Assembly: GCF_009914755.1 (NCBI RefSeq)
Contig: NC_060935.1
DNA length: 64,000 nt
Direction: 5' to 3' (one strand)
Source of the DNA: the human T2T-CHM13v2.0 reference genome, Homo sapiens
Part shown: piece after piece, positions 25,971-37,060 of the stretch
Layout: each line of letters begins with the position of its first letter
How positions within the stretch are numbered: position 1 is the first letter of the stretch
Program-made: the position numbers and the translations under genes
The notes under the pieces: model-generated
What the model was told of the DNA's origin: nothing
Seen by the model: only the letters and a program-made list of their open reading frames with translations
Databases searched by the model: none

Positions 25971-26277
25971 TAGGGATCAGCAGATTAAGGCAGGTAGGTT
26001 TACGAATAGCTTGTGGGCTCACAATGAATTTCATATTTTTAAGTGGTTGAAAAAATTAAAGAAGAATCATATTTCATGACTTGTGCAAATTATTTGAAAT
26101 TAAAGTGTCATTGTCTCTAAATAAAGTTTTATCAGAACACAGCCATGCCCATTTGTTTATGCCTGCTTTTGTCTTACGATGTCAGAGTGGAGTAGTTGCA
26201 ACTAGATTGTAGGTATAGGTTGGCAAAGCCTGAGATATTTATTATCTGGTCCTTTAGAGAAGTCTGCCAATCCCTGC
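25971..26277. mobile_element. MER58-type hAT-Charlie element
   Basis: aataaagttttatcagaacacagccatgcccatttgttt...gagtagttgcaac...atatttattatctggtcctttagagaagtctgccaatccctg. Confidence 0.78.
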
Positions 26278-27842
26278 ACTGCATGAACATGGACTCCTGA
26301 AGGTTCTGAACACTGTTATTAAAATTCTTATTTTTCTCCATACTCCCTTTTTGTTGCCTTTCCTCAGCACTCTGTGAAGTTGCAATGAGGATAGTTCTCA
26401 CATCCATTCCAAATGATGCCCACTTCTCTGTCTTCCAAGAGTGGCCCCTGCCACCCTCCAGGGGTCCTTCCTGGCTTGTAGATGTTGTGCTCCAGTCGAC
26501 AGCTATGGCTCACCTTATTTTCAACCTCAGCTACAACAAGACACTTTCTTGCCTCGTCCCTGACTAGTCATCTCTGCCTCCATCTTCATTATGCAAACAA
26601 TTCTATATCCTGCCCACTTTGGCTTTTTTGGAGTCATTCTTAACTGGGGTTAACAAAAATCTGATTCTTGCCCTGGATCTTTGGTTATGCTCACTGGTCT
26701 GCAGTTGGTTCTGGTTCTATCTATGGGGAAGTTTGTTTTTGGATAGTGGCACTGGTTGCTTTGTTTCTGTAGCATACAGCATTCTGTGGCAGCATCTGAG
26801 TCGGTCTTCGCTAGTACTGCCTTAGAGAGGGCCATCATCTTCCCAGGAGGAGCACATTTGCCTCAATCAGCACCTTCAACCAAAACATATCATTGCATAC
26901 TCCTTATCTCTGCTGGTTTCAAACCCATATTTTACCATCACCAACTCTTCTTCCTGCCTCTTCACCCTCTCTCCCTGTTTTCTGTCTGGAATCTCTCTGT
27001 AGCAAAAGTTTATTTGTGAAGCAGAGGTGGCATGCCTTAAGTTGACCAGAAGACCATGGTCAAATGAGCCCTACTCAATTTACTACATTTCTTTTGAATT
27101 CCTTAGGTATCTCCTCAGGACCTCTCAGAATCCCGTAATTACGATTTCATAATTTCAAAAACACTTTACACGTTATAATAATAATGATTTCAACAAGAAG
27201 AGAAAGGGACCACTTTGTCATAGAGATTTCTTTTCTATTGAGATGGACTTTGAAATCTTGTCACTTTCAAAAGTGAATCTCAATTTTTACATCAAAAAAT
27301 TACTAGTTATTGTTAACTGTTTGAAGTATGTGTCATTTATATTCTTCTACATAACTTTGTTACTTTTGAAAATGTGTAATATGTGTTTGTGTCAATCTTG
27401 TAGTCATAAACTGAGCCTTTAGAAATAGATTTTCAACGTTAGATTCCAGTAAGATATGTTTAGCTGAAACAGATATTGAATTAAATCAGGACGGGCCTTT
27501 GGTGAACCAGCAGGCAACATGCCTGCCTGTATTAATGTGGTTCTCCCCTTTGCTGTGATGCAGAGCGCTCCATATGATCTGAAGACTCTGTTGTAGCAGC
27601 AGTCTGACTCATGACATTCCCTAGTTGTCAATGGGATGAATTCTGGAATGAAGCCCAGATTCTAAAGTCAACCCACATGGGTTTTCTAATGCAGGGGGAG
27701 TCATCTCTGCTTCCATCTTCATTAAATACCATTAGAATCATCTTCCGACCCCTCAAGGAGATGAGAAATGTTGGAGCCTCCAATGATGCATCAATAGGAA
27801 GCAAGGTGGGTTATCAAACCCCCATCAGGCTTTAAGTGTTCA

Positions 27843-27898
27843 CTGTGTGTGGGTGTGGGTGTGTGTGCATGTGTGTGAGCGTGTATGCATGTGTGTGT
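27843..27898 (+). repeat. Imperfect (TG)n tract
   Basis: Read directly. Confidence 0.9.
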
Positions 27899-28503
27899 CC
27901 AGTCATCACGCATCTCCAGCCTCCAGAACGTTCTTCCTCTTGTGTTGTAAACTGGATTGAAAGGTGGTCACATTTCAGAATTAGCAGATGCCTAGAATGT
28001 AGTACTTTTGGTAGCACTGAAATAGGAGAAACAAAACTATAAAAAGGAAGTTCTATTTCTTTCCTACTTTTCATTTTCTTCCTCTCCCTATGTAGCACTA
28101 ACTCATTTGCCCTGCAAAAGTCCCTTGGGCTTTTTATCAATTAGCTGAGGTAATGCAGGCTGAGCCACATGGGGCTCAGAGACCACCCTGCCATAAGCAT
28201 CGACATCTGACAGGGTGGATTTTCCAAGATAATTCCACACAATTCTATATGGGCCTGTTTATTATCCCATTATTAGTGTTTTTAAAAGTGAACCCCCTGG
28301 GAAAATTTTCAACTGATTAATATTCACCTCTGGCATATGCAGTCTATTTGAACAATGTGGTGTTTTTGACAATTATCAGAACTACTTAGTATACCCCCAG
28401 GAAGTAGTCAGTGATCTGCCATTGCTGTGACCCTTTTTGGAATACATGTCATCAAAATGCCTTCGATTTGGTTTAAAAAGTCAGCCCTCAATTTTTTGAC
28501 AGG

Positions 28504-28542
28504 CACACACACAGACACACACACACACACACACACACACAC
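28504..28542 (+). repeat. (CA)n microsatellite
   Basis: Read directly; one GA interruption. Confidence 0.95.
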
Positions 28543-28659
28543 AACAAAATTGTATAACTCGCTTAATTCATGATAGTTTGAGCCAAATGGCTGTTTGCAA
28601 AATAAAGCCTATGCTTGAAAATGATTTCGTTGTCATTGAAGGCATGACAAAGTATCATT

Positions 28660-28830
28660 AGCCAACTTTTCTGGAGCATTTATTCTTTACCAAGCCTGAG
28701 TGAAGTGCTCTACATCTGTGATCACATTTAATCTTCATAATGAGGTAAGTACCATTGTAATCTTCATTTTACAGATAAGAACATTGAAGCTCAGAGAGGT
28801 TTGGTGATTTTTCCAAAGTTATATAGTAAT
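28660..28830 (-). mobile_element. MIR SINE
   Basis: cattttacagataagaacattgaagctcagagaggtttggtgatt. Confidence 0.75.
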
Positions 28831-29239
28831 AACTTTTGTGGCAATTTTTTAGTAGCTCATATCGTATCTATAGAAACTAATTTTACTTAGAAGGAAAACA
28901 GCACTGGGGAAAGATAATAGACTTGGAATCAAACAGACCTGTGTTTCCATCTGCTTCACATTTGTCAGCCGCTTCTCCAATTGTAACTTGGGAGGAATAT
29001 ACACCTCTAAAAGTGGGACGGCATAACTATTCCACATCCACTGTAGGCATAATGGAGCACTCATCCACAGCAGCCATGATTACTAGTGTTATTAGGATGA
29101 GAAGATGGGGAGAGCCTTACCTATACTTGAATCGACAGGGATGGACAGAGCAATGAAAAGGTTTTGAATCAAAATCAGAGGCAGGGAAACCATAGCACTG
29201 CTGTAGAAAGGCAGAGCAAGCCAGACTGAAGCAGTGGGC

Positions 29240-29695
29240 TGTGCTAGTGCTCAGAAGTGTCCGAGAATTCTTTGCGCCACTCTCACCCGTGGCAGTCTAA
29301 TCTCCCGGCATGGAGAATGGCTGGCCTTACTGACTCCCTCCGAAAGAATGGAGTGAGGTGGAAGGAAGGCTGTGTGATGTCGAAGGCCAGGTTACCGAAG
29401 GCCACACAGCTTCTGCTGGTTTTTCCTGGGGACACCACATGGCGAGACCTTCAAGAGAGGGGAGACCAGGGGCCCAGATCCCCGGGCCCAGCTGTCAGAG
29501 TCTGGAAGTGCAGCAGCCCTAGAGAGGACCCCAGTCCTCCACGATCTGGCCAGAAACCTCATGGAAGACCCTGATGAGATCTGCTGGTTGAGCTCATTCC
29601 ACCCCGGATTCATGAGCAGAAAACTAAGATGGCCATTGCTGGTGTAAGCCCCTGTTTTGGAGCCATTTGCTCCTCAGCAGTAAACGTCCGGAACA
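29240..29695 (+). mobile_element. MLT1 (G/H-like) MaLR solo LTR
   Basis: gtgtgatgtcgaaggccaggtta...cagcttctgctgg...; 3' end taagcccctgttttggagccatttgctcctcagcagtaaacgtccggaaca with terminal CA. Confidence 0.7.
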
Positions 29696-31264
29696 TGGGT
29701 CCATCATCCTGAAGAAATGCCAGATGCTAACTTAGATGTCCTGTTGTCCTTTGCTCCTCACGTCACCTTCTCTGTCCCTCTGCACTTGCTTCCTTTGGTC
29801 AAGACAAGGTGGACTTACGCTCTCGGCTCCACGAGGGCCTTTCCAGTGCCCTCAGTTTGCGATCTGACCTCAGGGTTTTTCTTTGGGATCTCGGTACGTC
29901 ACAGTGATCCCAGAGTTTCTGTCAGATTCAGGTAGCTCTAGAATCACAGAGTCCTGAAATTTTGTCTTGATAATTAGCTCTTTACTCTCTCAGCCTTTGG
30001 GCCACTGACCCCATCCAAATGGCGGAAAGTGAAAGAAGCCGGTCCCGTGAAGAGGTCTACGTTTTCAGCCCGTTTGTGGACATTCTCACTGCCTGACAAA
30101 GCCGCACTCAGTCTCAGCATCTCAGGCTGAGGGCTACACTGTGGAGACGGAGGTGGGGTGCGTCCCAATGCTAGTCCCTCTCTCTGGAACCCACAGGCAG
30201 AGGCCTCAAGCCAACTGTCCTCCCCTGTAAATCAGAAGCAGGGCAAGTAAAAGCTTGGATGTCTTCGTCTCTCCGTAGCCAGAGGAAATCTGGGCGCGCA
30301 GAGAGATTTGGAGTTTCATCCTCCCCGCTCAGCCAGTCCCAGGCCTCGGCTCCGAGGAAATTCGCTGAACCCTTTCAATAGGCTTGAATTCTGTCGGCAG
30401 CCCAACCATCCCCTTGTTTACTGTTGAAATAATTACTACTTTGCCATAATATTAGCTCTGAGCCGTGACTCCATTACCATTATCACCGGAATATTACCCA
30501 TTTATTATCTCCCAGCAACCCTGGAAGATGAATACTGGGCTTCAGAGACCAATTGTTTTACAGCAGACAGGATCTTGGTGTGCATTGTTTAATGAGGTAA
30601 ACTACATTACAGCCAGCATTAATTTGGCTGCAGTGCACTCCACTAAATCACTCTTAACCTGGAAATCTGCCACTCTTTTTGATATACCCTTAATCGGCGA
30701 GGATGGGAGACATCCTTTGAGAAGAGGCTGGAGCTGAGGGGAGAGGAGAGGAAAGGTTACAGGTGAGCGAGCCCCGCCCAGAGATGTGTGCATAAGATGG
30801 GGGAGGATTGTGGAGTGAGGGACCAAGGGAGGCAGGAGAAGGAAGCAGGCAGAGGGCACGCATCCTCTGTTCTGCTGGTCCCAAACGCCTGGGAAGAGGC
30901 AAAGGTGATATGATGGCTGAAAATAATCCACATGCCTCCCCTCTCTAAGCTCAGGAGTTATGAATCCACAGAATCCATTTTCTGACCACATTTGGCTTTT
31001 CTCTTCTGTTTGGCATCTTCAGAATCACCACAGCAACCCACAATAGACAGAAGACAGAACTAGACAATGAGATTGTCTTTTGGCATGAGGTTGTCTTTCG
31101 GTATGAGAGGCAGGGCAGCCTCCCAGAGCTCTGGCCATTTGCTGAGCTCATAGCAGCCTGCGTGTGGACTCGCGGAGCTCATTGCCTTAGGTGAAACGCA
31201 GCTGGAGACACACCAAGAAACAGAGGAGCAGATGAAAGAAGTTTCTGCATAAAGCCTCCCTTGT

Positions 31265-31410
31265 CACTTACATTCTTGCTGTAAGCTGCATAAAGTCACC
31301 TGAGGACTTTGTTAAAGTGCAGATTCTAATTCAGCAGGTCTGGGGTAGGGCTGAAAAGTCTTCATCTCTAAGTGGCTCCCAGGGGATGCTGATGTTGCAG
31401 GTCCACAGCA
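31265..31410 (-). mobile_element. MER5-type MITE fragment
   Basis: tcacctgaggactttgttaaagtgcagattctaattcagcaggtctggggtagggc...gatgctgatgttgcaggtcc. Confidence 0.7.
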
Positions 31411-32454
31411 AAAGGAGCCTTGTTTCTCTAAGAAATGTCTGCACTGCCTTGTTCAAGATCATGCTCCATGCAGTCTAATAAAACAGCAGCATAGCTACCA
31501 TTTTTGAGGTGGGCAAACAGAAATGAATTCCTTTTGCTCCATCAAATGCTGACAACATCTATACAGGTCCTGGGGTGAATGAAGCACAAAAACTTCTCAG
31601 AAAGAATATCCCAGATACAATAGACACCAGAGACACTGCCGTAAGTCGGTGACTTCAGATTTTTAGGGCAGAGAACATTGTAGTCCTAAAATGTCGTAAG
31701 AAATTACTTTTATATTACCAATTGAGAAAGAATCGAAAGGGCTTGAACTTCGGACTCTTGGAATCCAATCTAATGTTTTTCTGTAAAGAGAAATAAATAC
31801 ATTTTCTGCTATGCCACTGGTGAGTTTCCCAAAATTATCTGTTTTCCTGATGTTGAAAACCTTTTCTCTGCACAGCCTAAATGAATTTAAAACTTAAGCA
31901 ATCATCCCATAAACCTAGCCCAGGTAATAGTGGTTGAAATTTTAAAAATGGTTTATTAGAAAATTCCAGGGTTTCTTCTTTAAAAACTAAGGTGGGGCTG
32001 TTATGTTTCTCAAAGCCTCTCTCAGTTTACCATGTTCATCTGCCCAAGCACCACCATCATTGCATTTTACTGAGAGAGACAGAAAAAAAGTCTTTGTGAT
32101 TTAATATGTAATCTCAAGAATAGCAGAACTTGGCCAACGGTATAAATTGGGAATGTCTTTTACTGTACATCTTCCCTCCCAAACCTTTTTATTGTACCCA
32201 TCTTGAAAACTTATAATGAATAGTTTTTATCTCCGGCCATACATATGAAGTGTGAGGGGTGTGTGTGCATGTCTGTATGTGTGATGTGTTTCATCCTCTA
32301 TAAGAGTAGCATAACAATAATAATTCTTCTTTTCAAATTTTATCACAATTAAAGGAAAAGGACATCACTAATTTATTTTCATATTGTCTACCAAACTGTT
32401 CCACTAGTGTTTGGATTACATTTATCTGGTTTGGGAGCATTATGCCTCTCCTAG

Positions 32455-32617
32455 TTCATTTATCCATCCATTCATCCATCCAACCACCCATCCATCCATC
32501 CATCCATCATCCATCCATCCATTCATCCATCCAACCACCCATCCATCCATTCATCCATCATCCGTCCATCCCTCCATCCCTCCATCCGTCCATCCATCCA
32601 TCCATCCATCCATCCAC
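32455..32617 (+). repeat. (TCCA)n tetranucleotide repeat at the tail of an antisense L2
   Basis: Repeat read directly; followed by aaacatttgcttagcatctgct...gagacatgatttctgtc (L2 3' end, to ~32750). Confidence 0.9.
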
Positions 32618-33388
32618 AAACATTTGCTTAGCATCTGCTAGGTTCTGGTAAAGCTGGAAAAACAAGTAAAAATTAGAAAAGTAAAAACAAATGAGACATG
32701 ATTTCTGTCTTTGGGGATTTCATAATTTATCATGAGAGACAAATATAAATAACTTTTTGTGATACCATTTGGTGGTGCATTTTAGTCCTTCTCTTTTTTC
32801 CTCAACTCTGTAAGCAGTTTTCTTTGTAGAGATAATGTCTAATTCTTTTTATTGAACCATAGATAAAAGACAGAGTGGAATCTAGCAGAAAGCTCAGAGT
32901 ATAAACTGGGTCTAATTTTGAAATGGTGATTCTAACAGTCTTCTTGGGTGAGTCTCCAATACAACTACAACTCCAGTTCTTTCTTGTAGCGTCTCCAATT
33001 TTAAAACTGGGCATTACTAACTTGACTCTTCCATCTCAAGAATGTTTTTACATATTCCAATGAGGGATTGTCCTGTTCCAAACATGGGTGGAACCCTCAG
33101 CTTAGCTCTAGAGAGCAGCTGTTCGCTGGAGACTACGCATTTGCCAGAAAAATGCCATCCTGTTGAAGATACTTTGCCACTGGCTTTTTCAAGCACCCAA
33201 AAATGGAAGACTGCACTGAAGGAAATTTGTTCGAAAGAACTTGAGAGATTAGGGGGTGAAATTAGATAGAGAAAAAAATTCTAAACACGTTGAGATATGT
33301 CGTCAGTAAAATGCGCTTTGGCATAACAAAGTTGTGAATTGAAACAGTTACAGAAATATTGTGGCTGGGGAAATCCCAAGTGTTTCTA

Positions 33389-33747
33389 CAGTTGAACATC
33401 CCTGATTAGAAAATCCAAAATCAGAAATGTTCCAAAATCCAAAACTTTTTAAGCACTGACATGATATCACAAATGGAAAATTCCACACCTGACTTCATGT
33501 GAGAGGTCACAGTCAAAACGCAGCCAAAACTTTGTTTCACACACAAAATATTTAAAATACTGTCTAAAATTACCTTTAGGCTATGTGTATAAAGTATATA
33601 TGAAACATAAGTGAATTTTATGTTTAGACTTGGGACCCGTCCCCAAGATATCCCATTATGTATACACAGATATTCCAGTATTTCAAAAAATCCAAAATCT
33701 GAAACACTTCTGGTCCAAAGCATTTCACATAAGGGATACTCAACCTG
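33389..33747. mobile_element. Tigger4-family (MER46/Zombi-type) non-autonomous DNA transposon
   Basis: TIRs CAGTTGAACATCCCT / AGGGATACTCAACCTG flanked by TA dinucleotides (33387-33388 and 33748-33749). Confidence 0.88.
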
Positions 33748-36700
33748 TATTAGAAAAATTAAGAAATTTGCCTTCTGTAAACTTTAATATATGTATTTCA
33801 TATATAACAAATTTATATATAATGTTTTTTCCTTTTGGCATATAAAGCCTATTTTATTTGGTTGATAATCATGTGATTGGTGCTCTGAGGCCAATTTAAC
33901 CGTTTTTACTGAATAGTTACCATGTGTTGGATGAAATGCTATACAATTAACTGTAATATTATTTAGTCCTCATCCCCCCCAGCAATACAATTCAGTGACG
34001 TCTAGTTACATGAGCCAAATCAACTAATGGGATATTTTCACTGTTGAGCAGGGACATACAATCAGAGTAATTCAAAGTCGTAAACACAAACAGCACCCTT
34101 TTGGTAACTGGCTCTGTCCAGGCATGCTCACCTCTTGCCATGACCTCTTGCATGTGTCTCTGTAAAATGAAGCTGATAATGAATTGTTCCGTACTCCTAA
34201 TACTAAAAATATCTGTGATATAGATGTAAAACTTCTGGGGTCTTTCTTAAAAGCTATCGTGAAAGTGCACAATTATTTTGCATGTTTGTATACAAGCCTC
34301 ATATCCACAAGTGCACTTGGATGCACCCTCCAGTCCTGCTCCCTGATTTATAGTACATTCATCAAGCCCAATTGCCCATACACAGTACAATTCTCTGTTA
34401 AGAAGCAGCATTTGGGAGGAAAATGTAAACTAGCCTTTGTTGTGATGGTCGCAGTATGTGTGTGCTGTGTTTTCTCTCCCTCTGAGGCAAATTACTGTGA
34501 GTAAAACCTATATTATGCTATCAGATGCAATCCCAGCCTTTGCTCAATTGTACTTTGCAATGGCACAATAGATTGTGGTTGTTTGATGCCATCTCATTCG
34601 GTTATTTTTCTCACGTTTGTTTGTCTCTCAGCTAATCGGAAGAATTCAAGAGCCTTCAGTAGGCCTCTCAGTCCTTAGCCTCAGATCAACTAGTGGAGCC
34701 TTCCCCATCCTGGGTAACCCTCTGGAAGTCAAGCTGTCTTGATTTGCATTATCATCTTTCTTTATCCGCTCTCCAGAGAGTCCCCATCTTAACAATTAAA
34801 GTACACACAAGAAAATGACTGAGGATTTCCTTTTGGCTTTCCTGGAAATGGAGGATCAAGCTGAGTAAATTCTCCAAGCTTCTCAATTTGTGAAGAAAAA
34901 ATGTTACATTTAGGGGAAAAAAGGGGGGCTCCTGCTTAGTTAAAAAAATGGTGGGTGGGGACAGAGTGCAAGAGGGAGAAAGAAAGAATAGCAAAGAAAG
35001 AAGAGGTGTCATTTGGGCGTCTCGCTAGTTTTTCTTCTATCCTGGTTATCAAAAGAGCAAAGAAATTCTACTTCCCTTTCCCCTCCCTCAGGTGCCCTTA
35101 GGCCTGCGCAGCCTGGGCTGGGTTTGCACCGCTTTCACACGGCCCGAGTAGCCACCCTGTTTGAAAGTAAAGCAAGAGCAGCCACAAAGTGTCTGAGATT
35201 CATGAGATCACTCCACAAATTAAAACCTTTTATCAGCCTCTAAGAGCTGTGCAAACTAATTAGACTTTGGCCGAACTTTGCCAATGACTCCCTCGAGGTA
35301 TTATTATAAAATTTTGAGCTTGGAAACGCGTCCCCATTCTGTCAACATCAGGTTGTTTCAGCTACAGAAATCGAGCTCCAGCTCATTTTAGCTTCCATGA
35401 TGTGCTTTGCATAATCTGTGGCATTTTGCACTGGTGTGGCAGGGAGGAGAGTAGCACAGCTGTATTTGAAAACACATAAGGATGTTTCCCAGCAATAAGA
35501 CTTCAGACACAGGGACTGAATTTCAAGAAAAACCCATTTTTGCCCCTCAATTTTAAGAAGACGCTGCAGAGTTCTTAGCTTAAGCTATAAAGGTGAGTAC
35601 TCAACATCCAGGTCTAACAGCTTCTAATTTAGGGAGGACATATCACTTCCCTTCTCAATGTTTTTGGCTCTTCATATGCAAATGAAGAGCTCTTACTAAC
35701 AAATTACTGCTCAAATCTTTGATCATGTTTTGAAGCAAAGTCTGAGAGAGGAGGCTTTCTGGAAGAGCTTGGTAAGAAGTCAGTAAACTTTGATTTGTCT
35801 CAGAGAATTTAGGTTCATAAATAGCAAGGGTGCAAACTCCATGTGACTCAACAAATATTTGAATTTGTCATTCAAAAAATATCAAACATATATAGGCTAT
35901 TTCGCATTATTGGGGGTACGTCGAGGCATTGACAGTGCCATGTATGCCAGTGGAGCCGTTCCTACTCTTGCTCTGAATAATTCTCTGTGGGGCTGGCCTG
36001 GGAGTGCAGAATCCCTCTGCAGCAGATGTGGCCTTCTGCACGCTCAGAGCCCCAGGACACAGTGGACATTGAAGGGGAACAGAGAAGTAGAGGGTTTCCC
36101 TCATCCTTAGCCCATGCCTGGAGCAGGGGGCCAGGAAATGAGAGGTGGTATTTGTTTCCTTTGCTGAAAATGGAGTGAGGTGACCTTCCGATGTACCCAA
36201 GCACCTTATGACAGTGTGTTTTTACCACTTCCCAGAACTGACCATCTGCCCAACTTTTGGACCAATCCTGGGCCACTGGTGGAGCCAGGAAGCCTGGAGG
36301 GTCATGGAAGGGGAGACTCTTGCCCAGTAGTCCACAAGAGGGCTATGCAGCTGGCATATTGGCCCACAGAACCCCCAGCCCTGCAGCATGGCCCTGAGCC
36401 CTCACAGGCCCAGAGCAGAGGCAGGAGTGGAGGCTGCCAGGGTTTAGACCCTCCTTCACTAAAGGGTCCCCAGGTTCATTTTTGTCTCCGCCGTCTGCCA
36501 TCCCGTCTCATGGGCTCTCATGATGGGCTCATCAGGTTCTTGAATTCTTTCCAGTTGTCACTAATTACACTGCAGATCCGTAAATCATTCCAGGCTGGGG
36601 CTGACAGGGAGAGACGGGCCCTCTGCCATCCTGAGCTCGGGGCTTCCTGCCACACCTGCAGCCAGTGACCCTAAGGCAGCCGCTGATCAGTGCTCAGTGT

Positions 36701-36920
36701 AGAAGGGAGGGATGGCCAGTCCCTCAGTCACCCATCCCCAGGCTCTAGCCCTGGCTGTGGCCACATATGTGTGCTCATCCTGGAACTAGGTCTCAGGTAA
36801 TGCAACCCCTGGAAGAATGCAGCTACTGTCTCTGCCTATGGGTTTTTATTGCTGTTTGAATATTAAAGACAGCTGCGAGGAAAGGTGAGCTTATTTCATC
36901 TGGAGTTTGATAAAGTTGAG

Positions 36921-37060
36921 ACAGCACTCCTCAAACTTAGTTTAATAACGCAACAGACTGATTCATCAATTCTGGGATTGGGTCTACCAATCTTCATTTT
37001 AAATGTGTACCCCAGGTGATTCTTGGGTGGTGATTCAGTACCCCACTTTAAGAACTACTG
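36921..37060. mobile_element. MER5-type MITE fragment
   Basis: ctcaaactt...ccccaggtgattct...cactttaagaactactg. Confidence 0.55.

Noticed and set aside
32411-32651. His/Pro/Ser/Ile-rich ORFs
   Set aside because: Translation of the (TCCA)n repeat.
35071-35598. Strong acceptor (AG 35090-35091) and perfect donor AAG|GTGAGT (35593) as one exon
   Set aside because: 501 nt apart, long for an internal exon; intermediate acceptors are weak, and the GTGCCC after the AG is too poor for a recursive site.
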